Source of the DNA: Gammaproteobacteria bacterium | GTDB taxonomy: Bacteria > Pseudomonadota > Gammaproteobacteria > CBDBNL01 > JAAOII01 | Length of the DNA stretch: 64,000 nt | Assembly (NCBI GenBank): GCA_965215225.1 | Contig: OZ244039.1 | Location: forward strand, 926,552 to 990,551 | Reading direction: 5' to 3' | Part shown: piece by piece, positions 57,901 through 64,000 of the stretch | How positions within the stretch are numbered: the stretch's first letter is position 1 | Layout of the letters: each line of letters begins with the position of its first letter | Program-made: the position numbers and the translations under genes | Notes under the pieces: generated by a model | Seen by the model: only the letters and a program-made list of their open reading frames with translations | Told to the model about the DNA's origin: nothing | Database searches by the model: none

Positions 57901-60093
57901 AATCGAATATGGGATTTTGGCACCGATACTCAGTATCCCGCCATTCGCTGCACTCCAGATAGCGTAGAAAATCAGCGTGCCTGGTGGTATGTTCAGGACA
58001 GCATAGGCCAGCTAGTGTTTAATGAGAAGCCCCTAGACAATGCTATTTCAGGGATTGTTATTGCAGCTGGACAGGATGATGATTTTGATGGCTATGTCAA
58101 TTCAGAGGATAATTGTCCCTCAGCAGTGAATGATCAAACCGATACAAATGGTGATGGTGATGGCGATGTGTGTGATGAGGATGACGATGGTGATACTATC
58201 ACAGATGCGGATGAAGCAGCCCCCCGTTGTCAGCTATTGACCGATTGTGATGGCGACGGGCATGATGATAATACGGACAACTGTCCTTTGATGGCAAATA
58301 GTGCTCAATTGGATAATGACACAGATAACCAGGGGGATCTGTGTGATAACGATGACGATGGTGATAATGTCGCGGATGTGGATGAAGCAGCCCCCCATTG
58401 CCGGTTGTTAGCAGACTGTGATGGCGACGGGCATAATGATAATATGGACAACTGTCCTTTAGTGCCAAATGATCAAGCCGATGGAGATGGTGATGGCAAA
58501 GGCGATGCCTGTGAAGATTCTGATAAGGACGGCTTAGATGACGATGATGATAATTGTCCTTTTGTGGCAAGTCAAGACCAAACGGATAGTGATTCAGATG
58601 GCCATGGGGATGTTTGTGATCTGGATGATGATGGCAATGGCTTAATAGAGATTCACAATGCTTCTCATTTGGATTGGGTGAGATATCAGCTGGATGGCAC
58701 TGGCATGAGTCTGTCGCCCGCTGGAGTAAAAGACACTACTGGTTGTGGTAGGAGTAGAAGGGACAGCTGTTCTGGCTATGAGCTGGCAGATAACATTGAC
58801 CTTACTAGCTATATTGATACCAACTATGGGGCTGCCGGTTGGCAACCCATAGGCAGTGGCAGCTTTCCACTCACCCTTTCAGCAAGCCTTGGCTGTGTCA
58901 GACCTGAAACTCTAGACAACCCCATGCCCGGAGATGCTTTCAGCGGAACCTTTGAAGGCAATGGATTTAATATTACTGGTTTATGGATTGATCGTCCCGA
59001 TCAAGACTGTATTGGTCTATTTGGCCATGTGGCCCCAGATTCGGAGATTCGCAACCTTGGCGTCTTAGCCACTGAGATAAGAGGTAATATAGGCGTGGGC
59101 GTTCTAGTGGGAGAAGGAACCGGTAGCAGGATTGTTTCCTCCTATGCAATCTCAGATGAGGTTCATGGCAACAATTATGTGGGCGGTTTGTTAGGATTGG
59201 CATATGTTCATTCTCGACACGGAGATATCAGCACTAGAATTACTTCTTCTTATGCAGTCAGTGGTTTGATAAGAGGGGATTGGGTTGTGGGCGGTTTGGT
59301 GGGAGAATATAGGAATCATGATAGTGAGAGAGTTGCAATGAAATATTCTTATGCGATTGTTGATATGATGAAAGGTACCAGGTCTGATGGAAGCGACGCT
59401 ATGGGAGGCTTGGTAGGTTTTCTAGACGACGCTACTATTATTGGTTCTTATGCAATTACGAATTTAATAGATGGGAATGGTGGTGATGAAGTAGCTGGTC
59501 TCATAGGCGAAAGTTTCGCCAGTAATAAGCTTATTTCTTCCTATTCAATTAGTGGTTCAATCAGTGGGAATGTAGAAGTAGGTGGTCTAGTAGGGTATTT
59601 TACTGGTAATCAAGCTTCTATTTCATATTCCTATGCAATCAGTGGTTCAATAAGTGGGAGGGAAACAGGTGGTTTAGGAGGGGAAATAAGGTCCACTGTA
59701 ACTGTCACTGACTCCTATTGGAATAGTGAGGCTGGCACCTTTAATAATCCCTTACCAGGCGGTGAAGCAAAGACTAATGTTGAACTGAGAGAGCCGACTG
59801 ACTATACAGGTATCTATGATAGCTGGGATGACGGCTTGGATATAGATGGAGATCGTAACGCTAGAGTTGATGATATTAGTATCTACTGTGACGAGGATAA
59901 TAGTGGGAGGATTGAAAGTGATGAAAGAAACAATGACAATCGCCTATGGGATTTTGGCACTAACAACGACTTTCCTGCCCTTCGCTGTTCCCCATTGACA
60001 CCGACTGAGCAGCGAAGCTGGTGGTCTTTGGATAGGAGTGGCGACCCCCAAATAGACCAAAACCGTTTAGACCAGCTGCTTCCTTCAAACTGA
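54958..60093 (+). CDS. GLUG-repeat lipoprotein, paralog 4: two tandem TSP3-GLUG modules
   Basis: Lipobox LTAC; (GN)n linker; DNCP...NDQ.D.DGDG.GD.C TSP3 repeats; two GLIE[VI]...GYEL...GWQP...WDFG...PA.RC modules. Confidence 0.85.
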   Translation: MKKSFFVFSAARFCFFGSMPRFYLPSFISSSLRPGLFSLLVSLLVLTACAGGGGDTTDSGAGNGNGNGNGNGNGNGGGSTSLNFDWNIRPFADGIQIDWHNIERFRRTIRNVELSRRTVHSLRFQIIELGQRFPSSEFNTVSLGSFVDGAYNLTGLMEGSRYRIRVREVLANRSLGEIPNINLLGEREEQPDDGSIIITIGSNWDYDQLADSLDPDDDNDRILDVDDLFCPRGDVGWDGTNQANDRDGDGCRDAGEDKDDDNDGALDVNEEPGCQFERDCDDDDLIDGDEEPGCARLPDCDGDTIRDIADACPRGIMNLISNPSTDLDGDGCLDDEDPDIDGDNLPDELEPTGCERNSDCDNDTVLDGDEVATCIEQADCDSDGSRDDVDIDDDGDGLIEVAEAAGLASIRYQLDASGVRRTADGELNTTGCGGAGGIRSCNGYELVRDIDLTAYINTNYRDEDNVNINEGWQPIGYDTNLTREGCQGDGFTGIFEGNAKTISGLSIDRPQEDCIGLFGNVRSRGWIRNLVLVTGDVSGRDRVGGLIGQAFGSFVELTSITVRTDEVSGRDQVGGMIGYALIGSRVFPIPAPPPPLVPGGPVAVPSDRNNIFASLIVDSHSIRGRNDVGGLIGYAFDFTLGSSRAGSVLLHGNDNIGGLVGAGLYGVIGGSSANATVLRGNDNIGGLLGRGEGSAIVSSHATSRSLEGHDRVGGLVGNGYRRTRPISRTPPLCEFSIFGIGPIVEAIFCSEHLTILYSYAISDSFRANDSVGGLVGNGFASEITGSYAIFRSLEGGIHVGGLMGRGVTAKVVSSYAFFDSLNATRFLGGLVGTALATDDPTAIVASYARSRTLVGTGFVGGLIGAGGSLVGDASTTIIYSYALSGFVEGTEGEEDALMGWTFYPHRITNSYWDSNTPNIIAEHGGGRQRGNRLISPTGYTGIFANWNNGYDLDREAGVEEITKWCDTDASGEVDASEKEDANRIWDFGTDTQYPAIRCTPDSVENQRAWWYVQDSIGQLVFNEKPLDNAISGIVIAAGQDDDFDGYVNSEDNCPSAVNDQTDTNGDGDGDVCDEDDDGDTITDADEAAPRCQLLTDCDGDGHDDNTDNCPLMANSAQLDNDTDNQGDLCDNDDDGDNVADVDEAAPHCRLLADCDGDGHNDNMDNCPLVPNDQADGDGDGKGDACEDSDKDGLDDDDDNCPFVASQDQTDSDSDGHGDVCDLDDDGNGLIEIHNASHLDWVRYQLDGTGMSLSPAGVKDTTGCGRSRRDSCSGYELADNIDLTSYIDTNYGAAGWQPIGSGSFPLTLSASLGCVRPETLDNPMPGDAFSGTFEGNGFNITGLWIDRPDQDCIGLFGHVAPDSEIRNLGVLATEIRGNIGVGVLVGEGTGSRIVSSYAISDEVHGNNYVGGLLGLAYVHSRHGDISTRITSSYAVSGLIRGDWVVGGLVGEYRNHDSERVAMKYSYAIVDMMKGTRSDGSDAMGGLVGFLDDATIIGSYAITNLIDGNGGDEVAGLIGESFASNKLISSYSISGSISGNVEVGGLVGYFTGNQASISYSYAISGSISGRETGGLGGEIRSTVTVTDSYWNSEAGTFNNPLPGGEAKTNVELREPTDYTGIYDSWDDGLDIDGDRNARVDDISIYCDEDNSGRIESDERNNDNRLWDFGTNNDFPALRCSPLTPTEQRSWWSLDRSGDPQIDQNRLDQLLPSN

Positions 60094-60135
60094 CGACTGA
60101 CTTTAATTGGTCCCTTAACTAGTCTTTTAACTAGT

Positions 60136-60385
60136 CCCTCAGCTGCTTAAACCGAAACAGCATAGAAACAGCATAAAAGCAGCATAGGTTTTTGGATGTT
60201 TTGAATGGGGTGGAATTAGCCCCTCAGCTGCTTATAAACCGAAACAGCATAGAAACAGCATAGAAACAGCATAAAAGCAGCATAGGTTTTTGGATGTTTT
60301 GAATGGGGTGGAGTTAGCCCCTCAGCTGCTTATAAACCGGAACAGCATAGAAACAGCATAGCTGTTTGGATGTTTTGGATGGGTT
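60136..60385. repeat. Nested tandem repeat: three 65-98 bp units each containing 2-4 copies of gaaacagcata
   Basis: ccctcagctgctt at 60136, 60221 and 60319. Confidence 0.9.
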
Positions 60386-60497
60386 CAATCAGATGAATGA
60401 ATGGGATCTATTTAAGAGCTGCCCTTATTATACATACCAAAGCATAAAACTTCTTCTCACATTCAGGTCAGCAGCGAAAGGGAGTTTAGCAAGAACC

Positions 60498-62960
60498 CTA
60501 GAAGAGCTCTTTGGTGGCTTCTCTCTTTTTCTGAATGCTGGTGGTGTTGAGAGAGAAGTCGAGAGAATCCCCATTCTTATCTAGTGCTGTGCTATAGGTA
60601 TAATCCACTAGAGCTGTGTTGCGACTGGCGCGAGCCAAGAAATCTTTCAGGTGTTCTTGTGGAATAAATTCACTAAACTGGTTGTCATAGTCAGTGGTTA
60701 TATTTATGGTAATTAGTTCGTCAGGCTGCCCAAAATCCACTTCGGGAACGCCTTTCAGCGCCTTGGCCATGAAAGATATCCAGATGGGTAGCGCAGCTAC
60801 GCCACCATATTCACGAGGCCCTAAGGAAGAGGGCTTGTCAAATCCTACCCAGCTGACTGCTGTGATGTATGGATTATAGCCAGCAAACCAGGCATCAGCA
60901 AATTGCTGGGTTGTGCCGGTCTTCCCTCCTAAATCCGACCGCCCGAGAGCCTTGGCGCGCACAGCCGTTCCTCTTTGGACTACATCCTTCAATATAGAAT
61001 GGACCTGATAATGAAGCGCCTCATCAAGTATGCGCGGGGGCTTCTCCTGGCTTGTTGTGGCTAGAACTTCTGCTTTATTCAGGCAACAGCTATAGTTTGC
61101 TTCAGTCAGCTGAGGCAGGCTTTGATAGATTGGATTACCATTGGCATCTAAGATTGAGTCAATATAGTAGGGCTTGATTAAGAAACCTCCATTGGCGAAA
61201 ACACTATAGGCACGCGCCATTTCAAGTGGAGATGCACTACCGCTACCAAGGGCAAGAGAGAGGTCCTTTGGAATACTGTCTTTGCGAATACCAAATTTGC
61301 TGATATAGTCGCGGGTGTCTTCTATACCTATTTGACGCAACAAGCGGACGCTGACTAGGTTGCGCGATCTATAAAGGCCAACCCGAAGAGGAATATAGCC
61401 AAGGAAGCGGTTGCCAACATTGGTCGGTCGCCAGATGAAATTACTTTGAGTTGATGTGACCAAGGGGGCGTCCTTAAGGATATCCGCCCCAGTGAGATTT
61501 TGATGAAATGCATGAGTATATATAAAAGGTTTGATGGCTGAGCCGATTTGTCTTTGTGCTTGGATGGCGCGATTGAACTTTGTCTTTTGAAAGTGATATC
61601 CTCCTACTAGCGCGAGGGTCTTGCCGCTGCGCGGGTCAAGCGCGACAAAGGCCCCCTCGGCCTTAGGCACCTGGGCTATGAGGAAGGATTTGCCATTGGG
61701 CGTGATTCTCACCATGTCGCCAACATCCGCTATTTCATTTGCGGCCCTTGGCGTCTCTCCTACTTCTTCGTCAGATATGTAAGCTGCCGCCCATTCCAAA
61801 CCTTCCCAACTGATGTTTATGTTTTCTCCCTTAGAGGTTACTACAATCATATTCTTCTCTTCTAGCTGACGGACGATAGCAGGTTCAAGAGAGCTATCAT
61901 AGCTAGATATCTTTGCTAGCTCACTCAATGCATCCTTGTAAAGAGGATTGGTTTCATCAAAGTCGGCTGCTGAGCTAAGGGAATCAAATTTTCTTTCAGC
62001 GCCTCGCCAGCCATGGCGGCGGTCATATTCGAGTAAGCCAAGACGAACCGCTTCATTGGCATATTGCTGCATATCCTTATTAATCGTAGTAAAAACCTGA
62101 TAACCTTTGGTGTAGAGTTCTTCTTTGGTGATATTGTATCTTTCTGGTTCCTCTATCAGGTTAAGACGAACCGTTTCTGCTAGATAGTTTGCTTCCACCT
62201 CAGTCCTATAGTCATAAGGGGCAGCGCTGAGTGCTTCTTTGGTAGCACTTAAGTATTGGCCGCGTGAAATATAACCTAGGTCTGTCATCCGTGCTAGTAT
62301 CCAGTTGCGTCTTTCCTTAGCCAAGTCAGGGTTAGATATGGGATTGAGCTTAGAAGGAGCCTTTGGCAAAGCAGCCAACATAGCATACTGAGCAAGGCTT
62401 AGATCTCTAAGGGGCTTGTTATAATAGGTTTCAGCGGCAGCCGCCATACCATAGGATTGAAAACCAAGAAAGATCTTGTTAACATATAGAGCCATGATCT
62501 CTTCTTTAGTTAACATCTGTTCTATCTTAAGAGCCAGTAAGATTTCGTTCATCTTCCGCAAAATTGTCCGTTCGCGGGTGAGGTAATAGTTGCGCGCAAC
62601 CTGCATGGTGATAGTGCTACCGCCGGTTTGGACATCACTACGAGTGATAAACTGTAAAGTAGCCCTTGCTAGGCCGCGGTAATCCAACCCTATGTGTTGG
62701 AAAAAGCGGGCATCCTCAGCGGATATTAAGGCATAGATTAGTGGTTGAGGAATATCTTCAAAGGCGATTGGATCTCTTTTGATACTACCAATGCGCGCAA
62801 TGAGGTTGCCCTCACTGGTCAGTATTTGTAAAGGTTGGCGATAGCTGACATCGCGTAGTTCTTCAATCTCCGGCAGCCGAACAAAGAGGACCAATGTGAA
62901 GAAGAGAATGGTCAGTCCTATCCACAGGCCCAAATAGAAAAAATAGCGAAAGATTTTCAT
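60498..62960 (-). CDS. mrcA: Penicillin-binding protein 1A
   Basis: EDARFFQH, GGSTITMQVARN, RKMNE; transpeptidase SAIK, SRN and KTGT. Confidence 0.95.
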   Translation of the reverse strand: MKIFRYFFYLGLWIGLTILFFTLVLFVRLPEIEELRDVSYRQPLQILTSEGNLIARIGSIKRDPIAFEDIPQPLIYALISAEDARFFQHIGLDYRGLARATLQFITRSDVQTGGSTITMQVARNYYLTRERTILRKMNEILLALKIEQMLTKEEIMALYVNKIFLGFQSYGMAAAAETYYNKPLRDLSLAQYAMLAALPKAPSKLNPISNPDLAKERRNWILARMTDLGYISRGQYLSATKEALSAAPYDYRTEVEANYLAETVRLNLIEEPERYNITKEELYTKGYQVFTTINKDMQQYANEAVRLGLLEYDRRHGWRGAERKFDSLSSAADFDETNPLYKDALSELAKISSYDSSLEPAIVRQLEEKNMIVVTSKGENINISWEGLEWAAAYISDEEVGETPRAANEIADVGDMVRITPNGKSFLIAQVPKAEGAFVALDPRSGKTLALVGGYHFQKTKFNRAIQAQRQIGSAIKPFIYTHAFHQNLTGADILKDAPLVTSTQSNFIWRPTNVGNRFLGYIPLRVGLYRSRNLVSVRLLRQIGIEDTRDYISKFGIRKDSIPKDLSLALGSGSASPLEMARAYSVFANGGFLIKPYYIDSILDANGNPIYQSLPQLTEANYSCCLNKAEVLATTSQEKPPRILDEALHYQVHSILKDVVQRGTAVRAKALGRSDLGGKTGTTQQFADAWFAGYNPYITAVSWVGFDKPSSLGPREYGGVAALPIWISFMAKALKGVPEVDFGQPDELITINITTDYDNQFSEFIPQEHLKDFLARASRNTALVDYTYSTALDKNGDSLDFSLNTTSIQKKREATKELF

Positions 62961-63007
62961 TCTATGATTATAGTTTAACTTATAAATGATTGTAAAAAAT
63001 TAGAGAA

Positions 63008-64000
63008 GTGTTTAGTGTAATTGCGACTTCGGGGAAGGCTCGCGCTGGAATATTGCGCTTAGCTCACGGGGATGTGGAAACACCCGTATTTATGCCTACT
63101 GCAACTAGAGGTGCATTACGTGGCGTTTTGCCACGCGATGCAAAAGAGAGTGGCACTCAGATGCTATTGGCTAATGCCTTTCATTTAATGCTAGGGCCGG
63201 GAATAGAGGAGCTTAGATATTATGGAGGAGTCCATAGTTTTATGGGCTGGCACCAACCTATTGTGACGGATTCTGGCGGCTATCAAGTATTTAGCCTAGC
63301 CAAATTAAATAAGGTTAGTCCAGCTGGTGTTGCCTTTCGCTCGCCCATAGACGGCGCTTCTGTTTTTGTCTCGCCTGAGAGCTCTATTGCCATGCAACAG
63401 GACATAGGCGCGGATATTATTATGTGCTTTGACGAATGCACTCCCTACCCAGTTTCACAACAAAAGGCATATGAGTCCATGGTCTTGTCAGTAGGATGGG
63501 CAAAAAGGTGCAAAGAGGCAAAAACCACCAATCAACTTCTTTTTGGGGTGGTTCAAGGCAGTGTTTATCCTCAACTGAGGTTACAATGCTTGAGTGAATT
63601 GGAAAAATTGTCTTTTGATGGCTATGCTTTGGGAGGATTGTCCGTAGGTGAGCCGCGCAACCAGATGTTAGAAATAGTTGAATATATGGCACCACGCCTA
63701 GCTTCTTCATCGCCCAGATATCTGATGGGAGTAGGTGCGCCGGCCGATCTAGTTGAGGCAATAGCTCGAGGGATGGACATGTTCGATTGTGTTTTACCAA
63801 CTCGCAATGGCCGTAATGGGCAGTTATTTACTCGTTTTGGCCCTATTAATATACGCAATGCTAAGTATAAGATGATAAACTTACCTCCTGATGAGAATTG
63901 TTCATGTTATTGTTGTCGTAACTTTACCCTTGGTTATCTGCACCATCTCTTCCGAATGAAAGAAATGGGAGCAGCCCAGTTGGCAAGCACGCACAATATT
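63008..64000 (+). CDS. tgt: tRNA-guanine transglycosylase (runs off the window end; absent from the ORF track)
   Basis: My translation from GTG 63008 gives ETPVFMP, TDSGGYQVFSL, GVVQGS, GGLSVGE, YLMGVG, DMFDCVLPTRNGRNG and CSCYCC...YLHHL. Confidence 0.95.
   Translation, partial: MFSVIATSGKARAGILRLAHGDVETPVFMPTATRGALRGVLPRDAKESGTQMLLANAFHLMLGPGIEELRYYGGVHSFMGWHQPIVTDSGGYQVFSLAKLNKVSPAGVAFRSPIDGASVFVSPESSIAMQQDIGADIIMCFDECTPYPVSQQKAYESMVLSVGWAKRCKEAKTTNQLLFGVVQGSVYPQLRLQCLSELEKLSFDGYALGGLSVGEPRNQMLEIVEYMAPRLASSSPRYLMGVGAPADLVEAIARGMDMFDCVLPTRNGRNGQLFTRFGPINIRNAKYKMINLPPDENCSCYCCRNFTLGYLHHLFRMKEMGAAQLASTHNI

Noticed and set aside
18072-60093. Diversity-generating retroelement acting on the paralogs
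   Set aside because: No reverse transcriptase in the window, and I saw no template/variable repeat pair differing only at adenines.
60136-60385. Possible CRISPR, REP or MITE
   Set aside because: Nested direct repeats with no unique spacers or terminal inverted repeats, and no second copy in the window.
63420-63858. Minus-strand ORFs at the window end
   Set aside because: They are antisense to tgt, which occupies the plus strand.

Overview
A 64 kb window from an AT-rich gammaproteobacterium that is probably marine (Na+-NQR genes) and possibly host-associated (inference from the repeat-rich surface proteins and broken operons). Most of it is housekeeping: aceE/aceF, serC, rnt, pyrC, prlC, gloA, trxB, nif3, cutA, hisI/hisE, tatABC, argF, dapB, ispB, ribF, murJ, lnt, corC, ybeY, phoH, pncC, rubredoxin, trpA, parC, ispF, gmhB, nqrAB, mrcA and tgt. 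Accessory content: (i) two methyltransferase + PD-(D/E)XK nuclease pairs, one with Cys4 inserts and one with a degenerate nuclease motif; (ii) a block of decayed IS1595, an IS30 fragment and an orphan TAXI receptor gene, bounded by ~245 bp direct repeats; (iii) four dispersed paralogous lipoproteins (706-2498 aa) built from Asp-rich thrombospondin-type-3-like repeats, a GLUG-repeat region and a conserved C-terminal module, one carrying a kexin/furin-like S8 protease cassette embedded in its repeat array; (iv) a four-gene ferric-reductase-like/Rieske operon of unknown function; (v) many local tandem duplications, often at gene junctions. I found no rRNA, tRNA, CRISPR array, reverse transcriptase or integrase. 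All calls are by eye from motifs; no database search was run.
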